From Azolla caroliniana (taxonomy: Eukaryota; Plantae; Polypodiophyta), in assembly GCA_043228905.1 (NCBI GenBank), contig JBHGNT010000014.1:1116001-1180000 (forward strand): a DNA stretch of 64,000 nt. The letters are read 5' to 3'. The notes below the pieces were generated by a model. That model made no database searches. It was given only the letters and a program-made list of their open reading frames with translations, and had not been told where the DNA came from. Position 1 is the first letter of the stretch, and every line of letters begins with the position of its first letter. Below are positions 1 through 11,667 of the stretch, one piece after another. The position numbers were made by a program, and so were the translations under genes.

Positions 1-3000
1 GAGCTATGTTCGGGATGCAAAGACGCCGAAGGGTGCGTGGGAAAATTTGAAGAAGATTTTCGCCGCGAGCACCACAGCCAGGAAGCTTCAGCTCCGACAG
101 GAGTTGAGCAACCTACGACAACGCGACTTGTCGGTGGCGGACTATACCTCGAAGATCAAGGATATCTGCGACTCCCTCGCCTCCATAGAGGTGAACATCG
201 AGGAGAGCGAGATGGTCCAGATCTGTCTCGGAGGTTTGGCGTCGAAGTTCGGAGCGTTCCGAACGGCAGTGTGTACCCGGGAGAATACGTCGTCCTTTTT
301 CGACTTACAGTCAATGCTCCTGGTGGAGGAGAACCACGCAGGTGCGTCTACAAGCACGCACACCGACAGCAGAATGTTGTACACAGAGGGAGATAGGCCC
401 CGTGGACGTCGAGGACCAGGCGAGTCGGCGCGCAATGGAGGCGGCCGACGAGATCAAGGAAGAAGGCACCGAAGTGATGCCGACAACAACTCCGGACCCT
501 CTGGAAACAGTGGGAGTCGAAGCGATGAGAACCGGTAAGGGAAGGCCATCGCGGAGTGCTGGTACTGTGGCAAGAAAGGCCATAGGGAAAGTGAGTGCTG
601 GAAGAAGCACGCCGATTCGGAGAGAACCGGTTACGGAAACGGCTCCGGACATACCGACAAGGGAAATCGGTAGCGATCGCACTACGCCGAAGACTCCGGG
701 AGAGCCGGAGAAGGGTCTGCTTTCGTGACGAGACACGAAGCAAACTCGATGAAACGGACCACCCCGAGATCGGACGAGGTGTGGTACATAGACTCCGGCG
801 CGTCAAACCACATGACGAGCCATAAGGAGTGGTTCTCGTACCTCGAAAAACCGATACACCCTGGAGTAGTCGCAACTGGAGCCGACACTTCGCATCCGAT
901 CGCGAATGTCGGAGAACTTCCCCTTAGCCATGTTGGGCAGAAAGGGAAACTCATGAACGTGTTGCACGTTCCGACAATCACGAAGAACTTGGTCTCGGTC
1001 GGACAGATCGTCGACCAAGGGATGGAGGTTCGGTTTACACACTTCGGGTGCTTCATTGAGGAAGAAGGTCGTGTGATTGCGCAAGGGCGCAGAGACGGGA
1101 GGATGTTCATCCTCGACTCCACTGACGGCGGCACCGCAATGTTCGCGAAGGGACAAAAACCTGAGTCGGACATCGACTTGTGGCACAAGCAGATAGGCCA
1201 CATCAACTACCAGCGGCTTCAAGATCTGCAATCGAAACAGGTAGTGTTCGGATTGCCCAAATTTAGTGGCCGAAAGGCACAAATTTGTGAAGCCTGCCAG
1301 CTCGGGAAGCAACACTGACTTCCTTTCCCCAACAAGCAAAACCGGAGCCGGAATAAGCCTGAACCTATACACTCCGATGTATGGGGGCCGGCACAAAACG
1401 TTAGTCTTGGCAGGAGTCGATATTTCGTCTCCTTCATCGACGACCACACGCGGCACACGTGGATCTACCTCATTGAGAGGAAGAGCGAAGTCTTCGACTG
1501 TTTCCGGGACCTCAAAGGGTTCGTGGAAACGGAAACGGGACGAAAGATCAAGTGTTTGCGGTCGGATGGCGGGAAAGAGTACTTTTCCGGTCAATTCAAC
1601 GGTTATCTACAACAAATGGGAATTCGGCGCGAATTCAGTTGTAGATACACGCCGGAGCAGAACGGCGTGGCCGAGAGGAAGAATCGGTCAATTGTGGAAG
1701 CGGCACGGGCAATGCTGGAGGAGAACATCTTGCCCAAGTTCTACTGGGCTGAGGCGGTAAGGACCGCTGTCGAGGTATTCCTCGCGGACGCGTGGAATGA
1801 GGCGGGACCTCGGGGGTCCTGTACCGAAGAGCAAGAGAGAAAAGAGAAGAGACCCACTACGTGCGAGAGTAGATTCACAGGGACACGGCCCTTCGACACA
1901 AAGACGCGAGTGGGATAGCGACACAGAGAGACACGAAGGTATGTATGTACTAACAAAGACAAACGACAAAACGCGAAGTCGATTACAACCGAACAAGCCG
2001 GCGAACAGATGCCGATACTTGTTCGTAAACACACAGGAAGGAAGGAGTAGGTTGGAGGTGCTGCCAGAAGCACTCGGGCATTCCTCAGAGCAGCGCGAGC
2101 CTCCCGAAACCTGCACAGAGGGAAGCTACGGAGCTTGCGAACCAGAGAGAGAGAGAGAAGCCTTCGCACCTAAACCGACAGCACTTCTTCCTCGACTCTC
2201 CGCGATCCCCTCCCCCTTCGCGTCTCCCTCCTTTTATAGGCAAGGAAGGAGCCGTTTCCCCTTTACTTCCTACCCACTAAATCTACCCGCCTAGGATCTT
2301 CTATGGACAACATTCGAGAAGAGCCGGTTCCTACGCTCCTGTGCACCGATTCCGCTTGTGGACGGTTTTCTTCACGACACCGCGGTATACATCCAGAACC
2401 GGATCGGAGACAAAGTGTCGGCGCAAGAGCTGTATTTCGGAATGAAGCCGAACTTGCGACACTTGAGGGTGTTCGGTAGCATTCGGAGAAAAGGAGGAAG
2501 CTGGACGCAAAGACCGAGAAATGCATCTTGGTCGGTTACTCGGACGAGCAGAAGGGTTATAAGTGCTATAACCCTCGCACCAAACAAGCGTGTGTCAGCC
2601 GCGACGTTGTGTTTGACGAGTCCGCGACCTGGTACCAGCCCCCGACTCCGAACCCCAACTCCAATCCGAGCTCTGACGATGAGGTCAGCGAGGCCGAGAT
2701 GCCTCCGGATGAGCCCGAAATCGAGACCCGCGAAGAGAGTCCGATTTCCCTCCGTTTAAGTGGATCGATTGGACGACTGAGTCGGTACGACCAGTCCGAT
2801 GAAGAGCCGACGAGTAGTGGAGACTCGGCCGTGCATTCCCCACGCAGGAAGCCGAGGAGACGGCTTACGTGCAAAGAGAAAGGGAAGAAGAAGGTGTCGG
2901 ATTTCGGCACGAATAGGAACAAGTCAGACCGACGCGAGTCCGACTCCGAGGGAACCGGTGACGGGTCTTTAAAGGTGAAGACCGCATCGACCGAGAAGGC

Positions 3001-5215
3001 CTCGACATCGGCTAATGTGAGATTACGCCGATCTACCCGCTAGAAGAACCCTGACTTGCGGTTCGGATACAACGAGTACATGGCGCATCATTATGCGTAC
3101 ATGACCCGTGTAGCGGAAGTGCGTGAGCCGGAGAGCTACGCAGAAGCGGCTAAAGACGCAAATTGGCGTGCCGCGATGGAGGAAGAGATGCACGCATTGG
3201 CGGAGAAAGAGACATGGGACCTGGTTGACGCACCAAAAGGGGTAAAACCGATCGGGTGTAGGTGGGTGTACAAGGTCAAGTACAACACCGATGGCTCGGT
3301 CAACCGGTACAAGGCTCGGCTAGTGGCAAAGGGCTACGCGTAGAAACACGGCATCGACTACGATGAGACTTTTGCGCCGGTCGCGAAAATGACGACCGTC
3401 CGTGTTTTGCTCGCAGTAGCCGCGGCCAAGGGGTGGCACCTACATCAGATGGATGTAAAGAATGCGTTCCTGCAAGGTGACCTTGAGGAACAGGTGCACA
3501 TGGTACAGCTCCCCGGATTTCATTCTGGAACAAACTCCTCGGCAGTATGCCGACTGAAGAAGTCCCTTTACGGACTGAAGCAAGCCCCGCGTACCTGGAA
3601 CGCGAAGATCACGCAACAACTGCGTCGGATGGGCTTCGTCACGTCAAAATCGGACTCTTCCCTGTTCATTCGGAAAGGTCGACTCAGACCGGTTAGTATT
3701 TTACTATATGTTGATGACTTGGTCATCACCGGCGCCGACCTATGTGAAATCGACCACGTGAAGCTCCAGCTTGCGGCATCGTTCGACATGAAGGATCTGG
3801 GGGACCTTCATTACTTCCTCAGGATCGAAGTGATCCGTACCCCCGAAGGCATATTGATCAGCCAACGTCATTACGTGCTGAGTATGCTCTTCAAATTCGG
3901 GATGGCCGACTGTAAGTCCGTCTTGACTCCTCTGGACAGAACCATCAAGCTTCGTCCCGATACAGGAACGGTATGCGACCCGACGAGGTTCCGACAAATT
4001 GTCGGAAGCCTCATATACTTGACCATCACCCAACCCGACCTCAGTTATCTGGTCGGAGTGATCAGTCAGTTCATGGCGCGACCTACCGAGGAGCACCTTC
4101 AGTGTGCGCAACGCATACTTCGGTATGTCAACGACACTAAGGACCGGGGACTACTATATCGGACCAGTGCAGCCACGCGGTTAGTCGGCTACACCGATGC
4201 TAATTGGGCTGGCAACGTCGCCGATCGTCGATCCACGTCCGGATACACGTTCTCCCTCGGGAGTGCCGCGATCGCGTGGAGCAGTAAGAAGCAGCCGACA
4301 GTTGCACTGTCGAGCACCGAAGCTGAGTACCAAGGAGCGGTTGTCGCGACATGCGAAGCCATATGGTTGAAGCGGCTACTTAAGGACCTGCAAGAGGAGG
4401 TGTCAGATCCGACGACGATCTACTGCGACAACCTCAGCAGTATCCAACTCGCGAAAAACCCCGTTTTCCACACACGGACCAAGCACATTGAGGTGCACTA
4501 CCATTTCGTCCGTGAGCGTGTCCTTTCCGGTGAAATCGAACTTCAGCACGTGCCGACGGATCGGCAGACTGCCGACATCTTCACTAAGCCTCTTGGTCTG
4601 GACAAGTTGCGGCAATTCTCCGGTGCGCTCGGATTGCGTCACCTCGACGTGCCAAACTTGAAGGGGAGAACAGTCCCGAACGACCAAGCAAAGCAGCAGG
4701 AAAGGAGCGGAGGCCGCGACACCGAGTCGGTTGACTCGGCTGTTGACTCGGTTGTCGAGTTCGACTTCGGATCGGCTGAAGAAGCCGAGGGCGGACCCAC
4801 GGGAAAGTCCGAAAGCGGACAGAAGGGGAGCAGCCGAAGGAGAGAGACGAAGCCAACCACGAATTGGGAAGATGACGCCATCGAGGGCGAGAAGACCGGA
4901 AACGAGTTGGAGACAGCTAACTCGGACGAGAGCGAATACCGATCGGAGGTAGCCGAGTCGGTTCGGATGTTTGATTCAGATACGCTGAATCAACCGAGAC
5001 CCAAGTGGAAGAGAAGGCAGCAGGAGAAGCATCAACACCGCAACAGCAGAAGAGCTGATAAGGGCCGCATGAGCAGACAAGCCGACCGGAAGGGTCGAAG
5101 CGCGCGGAGTCGAACAGGTCGAGGAGCGCGAGCGAGGCATGAAGCCAGGAGGAACCGGAGCTGTGAGCCCGAGGATCCCGACGAGCCTCGAGTTGAGCTT
5201 GAGGGGGAGTGTTGA
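1..5215 (+). pseudogene. Disrupted Copia gag-pol of element A with ~190-aa C-terminal extension
   Basis: In-frame stops at ~536, 671, 1316, 3041 and 3341 (all explicable as C>T), a small deletion near 2483 and a solo-LTR insertion at 1768-2379. ORF 3389-5215 runs past RNase H to a stop inside the LTR. Confidence 0.93.
1768..2379 (-). mobile_element. Solo LTR (Gypsy-type, TGTCG...CGACA termini) inserted in the integrase of Copia A
   Basis: Removing it restores RTAVYIQNRIG. 4-bp TSD CCGC at 1764-1767 and 2380-2383. Minus-strand TATA (cctataaaag) at ~2231-2240. Its 3' end is homologous to the LTR end at 54805-54862. Confidence 0.9.
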
Positions 5216-5616
5216 GAGACAAGCTCAACATCCGCCGGATCGGCTGAAGAAGCCAAGGACTGGATCGGTTAGGACCGATCGGTTAGGCCGAGTGCGTAAA
5301 CCAGGAGGCCGTTAGGAAAGATATTCCGTGAGGAATATATTTGGGAGTTAGTGTAGGAGCTCTTAAAGAGCATTGAAGTACGGTCATTACTTCAGTCAGT
5401 CCTTCGAGGACTTGTATAAAAGTGTTCATGGAACACACGTATGTATAGAGTAGTGAATCGAGATTTTGTTGTTGTTGAATATAGTTCTTGTGTTCTCTCT
5501 CACTCTCTCTCTCTGTCTCTCCCGCGTATACTGCGTAAGCTCAAGCTCTCCATTAAACCTGAGTTTTCTTCCTTCTGTTCCGTCTTCATACCTGCTTCCG
5601 CACGCTACTTTCTACA
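5210..5616 (+). repeat. 3' LTR of Copia A
   Basis: TGTTGAG...CTACA directly after the PPT, colinear with the 5' LTR at 62889-63296. Confidence 0.92.
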
Positions 5617-6206
5617 AATGTCCTCCATCGGACTTGATTTCTCCCCTTTGTGGCCCTTGTCACTTGTCTATCAACGATGTAACAAAGTCTCCGTAGACTC
5701 GTCTTCCTGCTCTTCTTCCTCCAAGGTCTTGCTATTGATTAACGCCGCAAAGGGGTCCTGCTCCTACAGTGTGTCCGGTTGCTGTTCTGTTTATTGTTCC
5801 GTCTGGCGCAGCTTGATTTTCACAGGTCTCATCGGGGTGTCCGCCAATGCCTCCTTCTCTGTCAGCAGCTTCCGATTAGCCCGCTCCTTCACCTTTTGTT
5901 AAGTGTCAGCCTCCTTCCAGCCTATCGCCTGGGTAGCCAAGAGTTGCTGCCGTTTTGAAGCTGTTTTGGGGGTTGATTCTATCGGTCTTCCCCGCTTCCT
6001 TTGTTTCATGGGTTCCACCGGCGGTGCTAACAGAGTGAGCCATTGCGTCACCGCCGTCCACATCTTTTTGCCATCTTTTACTGAGACGATGGCAGCGCTC
6101 AGGCCGTCGGCGATCATTACCGGCCAATCCACCTGTACTCCCTCGTAGGTGGCTATGATCAAACCAGCTCTATTCTTGGGCATAGTCGGTGGTCGGGGGT
6201 ATACAT

Positions 6207-9200
6207 TGTCGAATACATGTGTATAATGGACGTATTCACACTATCCCGTTTTGGCCATTTATGTAATTAGCATAAAGGGTAGTTGCCCTAAGTCGGTCAC
6301 TATATATAGTGACCTTGTAACCTTTTTGTAAGGTTGGTTGTTGTATTGTCTCTTTGAGAAATAGAAAGTCTTTTGTGTGTCTCTCTCTCTCTCTCTCTCT
6401 GTGCAAGCATAGAAACTGTCATACGCAGGTAATCAGCAGCAATCGAATGCTCCTTGATCTTCCGCACAGACGACTTTGTCTACAACATCTGGTATCAGAG
6501 CTTGCATAGCATTTGGTCCTTCAATCCGCTGTCGGCCGTCGTCTCAGCCTGCACAGCATTCGGTTTCCTGCGTCATTCGAAGAAGAGAGAAGAAGAAAAA
6601 CGAGGCTTGCATCTCTTCGCGTTAGATCCTCTTCGCTTGGAGTAAGCCAGCCGGTTGTACTCCGTTCCTTGTGATCGCAACGCTCGAGGTGAAATCCCCT
6701 TGTGCAACATTGACACGATCGCGCTCCACTCGGTTAAACGGCATCCGAAAAGGTCATTAAACGCTGCTCGCCGCTCGTTGTAACCACTCGGTGCAGATCG
6801 GTCTCAAGACAACAACCCCAATTCGTGCTTCATCCGGCTGATCGACATTCGAGAGGATCAGTTGGATCCATCTCTCTCGTCGCTGCAGTCACCCGAAGCC
6901 GAATCGGTCCAGATAATCGGTTTCAATAATCGGTATTCGGTATATATATCCGAAGCGAACCGGGCTCACTTCGACTCGGAACCATTCGGGAAGACCAGTC
7001 GGTTCTGTCCCTCAAGTTACCGGAGTCAATTCGAGCAAGTTCAACAATACATATATTCGAAGCCGAACCGACTCAGGTTCAAATCCGACTAGAACGATAT
7101 CGGGTGAGCCAACCGGCTGCACTCCAACAAGGTTCGTAGTCAACTCCGAACCGAGCTTCGTTAACCGACACCAAATTTGATGGCATCAACATCCGGCTCG
7201 TCAGAAATGAGTCTACGAAAGTTCGATGGATCGAACTTCAACTTCTGGAAGGAGCAAATGCAGGACTATCTCATAGTCAAGGGGCAAATCGATCCCATCG
7301 AAAATGAAGAACCTCCAGAAGGATACAAACCAATTGAGTGGCAGAAGCTGGACAAAATTGTCCGCGCCACGATTCGGATGCACCTATCGGAATCGGTATA
7401 CTTTACGGTGCAATCGTGTACGACAGCATTCGAACTGTGGAAAACACTGTCGGACACTTACGAAAAGAAGGTCGCCGCAACGAAGATGTTTCTGATCCGG
7501 CGCCTCTACAACTTGCGGATGAAAGAATCTGATTCGGTTCAAGCACACCTCAATGAGTACGAAAGCATAAGCTCCCAAATCTCATCTCAAGGGACGGCAA
7601 TCGAGGATGAACTCAGAGCAATGATACTCATGAGTAGCCTTCCCTCATCATGGGAAACTTTCGTCACAACCGTGTGCAACGCGTCAACCACGGCTGTTAA
7701 ATACTCCGAAGTCACGAGCGCAATCCTGACCGAAGCAGCTCGGAGAAAGTCTTTCGCCAAAGACTCAACAGACGACGCTTACGTAGTGCAAGGTTCGACA
7801 GACCGATCGAACATACGAGGAAGAGATTCCTCACGGCCGCCGAACAATCAGCGAAGACGGAGCCAGTCACGGGATAACCGAATCTGCAACTATTGCAAGA
7901 AACCCGGACACATCAAAGCCGACTGCCGCGCACTCAAGAACAAGAACAACAAGAAGAGTGGCCGGCATGAGGAGATCAATTACGTCAGCTTCTCAGCTGA
8001 TGTACTACCGGACGACCCGAATATACTATCAATCGAAAATCCAGTCGGATCAGAAGTTCTGCTCACGACTGAAGAATCGAGCACATGGCTCTTAGATTCG
8101 GGCGCGTCATTTCACGTGACTCCTCATCGATCCCAATTTCGGCAATATACGATCCGTCACTCCGACTCAGTTCGAGTCGGTAACTCGCAACACTGTGACA
8201 TCATCGGAATCGGCACAGTAGAGCTCAACCTTGCAGGTGGCTCTACACTTGTACTCCACAATGTCCGACATGTACCCGAGCTCTCAAGGCCATTGATCTC
8301 AGTCGGACAACTAGATGAAGACGGCATTCGTGCCGGTTTTTCTTCGGGAGGGTGGACACTCCACAGGGGGAACCTCCTGCTTGCTAGAGGACCCAAGATA
8401 CACTCCCTGTATCCGTTACATGTTACGCTCAGAGAGGGTAACCTGTTTTTGGTGGATATTCCTGTGTCATCACTATGGCACCGAAGATTAGGACACCTCA
8501 GCAAGGCCGGCATCACGCACCTATCTAGAGCCGGATACATCCCCAAACTCTCCTTCTCGGACCATCAATTCTGCGAGCATTGCCAGTATGGCAAACAAGC
8601 AGCCGCATCACACCCGACATCAGCACCCAGAGAAACGAGACCTCTTGATTTGGTCCACTCGGACGTCTGTGGCCCAATGCCGCATCAGTCTCTCGGCGGT
8701 GCCTCTTACTTCGTCACTTTTATTGACGATTCGACTCGAAAGGTGTGGGCTTATCCAATTCGCACCAAAGATCGGGTCTTCTCGATCTTCACCGATTGGC
8801 TCGCTATGGTAGAAAATCAAACTGACCGAAAGCTGAAATGCTTTCGGACTGACAATGGGGGAGAATTTAAATCCGAAGAATTCGTCAAATTCTGCCGACA
8901 ACGCGGCATCCGACGTGAGTTTACGGCACCACACAGTCCGGAGCAAAACGGGATTGCCGAACGCATGAATCGGACAATCCAAGAACGGACAGTTTCCATG
9001 CTCCAACACTCCGGACTGTCGGATGGCTTCTGGGCAGAGGCTCTACTCACGGCAGTACACATAATCAATATGTCGCCAAGTAGACCTCTAGGACTTCAAA
9101 TTCCTCAGGAACTATGGATCGGCAGTAAGCCGAATTACGACAAGCTGAGGATCTTCGGATGCGAGGCGTACGCCCTTATTCCGAAAGATGATCGCCGAAA

Positions 9201-11667
9201 ACTTGCACCTCGGTCCAGGAAATGCATTTTCCTTGGATATGGATCCGACGGCGAAATGGGATACCGACTCTGGGACCCCGAACGCAGGCAAATCGTTCGA
9301 AGTTCGGACGTTGTGTTCAACGAGTCGGCTATGAATCCATCAGTCGAAAAACCGATCGAAGTCCGAAGGGTAACGTTTTCCGATGTGCCGACCCTTCAAG
9401 AAGGCCCCGCTCTCAACACACGGTCAGCTTCACGGGTAGCTGAACCTTACACTACCGACTCGGACAACTCCGACTCGGCACAGCAGAACAATCCGCTTTC
9501 GGACCATCCGACCACGATACCCGATGCGACCAGTCCAATCATACCTCGACGATCCGAGAGACTGTCGCAACCTCCGGAGAGGTACTCTCCTGGAATTTTC
9601 TTCACCGACGACGGCGAACCGACGTCTTACGAAGAAGCATCGACATCTGTCGATTCCGCCACCTGGCATCTGGCGATGGAGTCGGAAATGCACTCCATTC
9701 GGGCAAACAAGACTTGGGATCTGGTCGAATTACCTAGGAACCGACGTGCTCTTCCTTGCAAGTGGGTTTATCGACTAAAAGAGACGTCTGATTCGACCAC
9801 CCCAAAGTACAAGGCCAGATTAGTTGCGAAGGGCTTCCGACAAGAATATGGCGTCGACTTCGACGAGATTTTTTCACCAGTGGTGAAAATGACAACCCTT
9901 CGTTTTCTGCTCGGCGTCGTGGCAGCCGACAACTTGGAGCTGATTCAGCTAGATGTCAAAACAGCCTTCCTCCATGGTGATCTCGAGGAGGAAATTTATA
10001 TGGAGCAGCCAAAAGGCTTCGTGGCAACTGGCCAAGAACATCTAGTCTGCCAACTCAGGAAGAGTCTATACGGCCTCAAACAGGCACCGCGACAATGGTA
10101 CAAGAAGTTCGACGACTTCGTCCAATCGATCGGCTTCTCAAAAAGCGATGAGGACCATTGTCTCTTTACCAACACAGCTCAAGATGGATCACCCATCTTC
10201 CTCATCATTTACGTGGACGACATGCTCATTTCTGGACGCCACGCGGGCGAACTTGCCGATCTCGTTCGGCAACTGCGGTTGAAGTTTGCCATGAAGGACC
10301 TTGGTCCGGCACGACACATCCTTGGCATGAAAATTAGTCGGCATCGCGATAAACGACATCTTTTTTTGTCTCAGACCGACTATATCGGACGTGTCTTGGA
10401 ACGCTTCAACATGCAATCAGCCAAATCTGCTTCAACCCCGCTCCCCATGAATCTTCGGCTCTCTCAGCGAGACTGCCCGACATCCGGTCCGGAGGGGGAA
10501 GATATGAAGTCGGTACCGTATGCACCGGCAGTCGGCTCCCTTATGTACCTGATGGTCGCGACACGGCCTGATATTTCTCACGCCGTATGAGTCGTTAGCA
10601 GATTTATGCACAATCCTGGCCGATCGCATTGGAGCGCAGTCAAGCATGTGTTCAGATATCTGGCTGGCACAAAAGACCACGGCATTCTTTTCGGTCCGAA
10701 CCGAACCTCAGGCGTAGTCGGTTACACCGACTCGGACTTCGCCGGCTGTATAGACAGTCGGAAATCAACAACCGGATACTGCTTCAAATTCGGCAATGGA
10801 GCAATCTCGTGGAAGTCGAAACTTCAGGAGTGCACAGCGACCTCAACGACCGAAGCAGAATATGTAGCTGCGTCCGACGCAGCAAAAGAAGCTTTGTGGC
10901 TCGGTCGGCTGGCGCACACGTTTCGACAAGTCGACCATGACTCGGCTCCAGTTGTCTACAGCGACAGTCAAGGTGCTGTTGCCTTGTCGAAAAATCCGGT
11001 TCACCACAACGCCTCCAAACATATCGACGTTCGATATCACTTCGTTCGGGACTGCGTCATTTCAGGGAAAATCGGTCTAGAGAAAATATCCACAACCGAC
11101 AATGTCGCAGATGGAATGACCAAGTGTCTTTCGGCAGACCGTTTTCGGTCTCTTCGGCATCAGATGGGCGTAACGACAAACCAGTCCGGTTAGACCCGGA
11201 CACAGAGCAGGATGGTTCCCGACAACCGACATCAGTTCCTTAATGATCGGCTTCAACTGTTCCGACCCGACCAGTTCGGTCTTCTGCCTTCGGACCCTGC
11301 CGACTCGAACAAAGCTGATATGTCCGAGAACCCAAGTCTATACCTGTAATCTTAGATAACCCATGTGTACGCCCATTACGGGGGAGTGTCGAATACATGT
11401 GTATAATGGACGTATTCACACTATCCCGTTTTGGCCATTTATGTAATTAGCATAAAGGGTAGTTGCCCTAAGTCGGTCACTATATATAGTGACCTTGTAA
11501 CCTTTTTGTAAGGTTGGTTGTTGTATTGTCTCTTTGAGAAATAGAAAGTCTTTTGTGTCTCTCTCTCTCTCTCTCTCTCTGTGCAAGCATAGAAACTGTC
11601 ATACGCAGGTAATCAGCAGCAATCGAATGCTCCTTGATCTTCCGCACAGACGACTTTGTCTACAACA
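6207..11667 (+). mobile_element. Full-length young Ty1/Copia element B (Tork/TAR-like)
   Basis: 281-bp LTRs at 6207-6487 and 11387-11667 differ at about one base. TSD TACAT, PBS TGGTATCAGAGC (tRNA-iMet) at 6490-6501, PPT GGGGGAG before 11387. Confidence 0.98.
7180..11193 (+). pseudogene. Copia B gag-pol polyprotein with a single premature stop
   Basis: ORF 7180-10590 has gag CNYCKKPGHIKADC, WLLDSGAS, integrase and RT IYVDD. A TGA replaces the expected G of AVGVVSRF, and the same frame continues through RNase H to 11193. Confidence 0.95.

Larger units (their letters stand above)
1..5616 (+). mobile_element. Ty1/Copia LTR retrotransposon A, 5' part outside the window, degenerate
   Basis: Domain order is gag (CWYCGKKGHRESEC knuckle at ~556-600), protease (WYIDSGAS), GAG-pre-integrase/integrase (LRSDGGKEY, PEQNGVAER), RT (QMDVKNAF, LYVDD) and RNase H (TKHIEVHYHF). 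PPT GAGGGGGAG at 5201-5209, 3' LTR at 5210-5616. Confidence 0.96.

Noticed and set aside
10588-10590. Programmed stop-codon readthrough in Copia B pol
   Set aside because: The TGA replaces a conserved Gly in AVGVVSRF and lacks a CARYYA-type readthrough context. A single G>T substitution is the simpler explanation.
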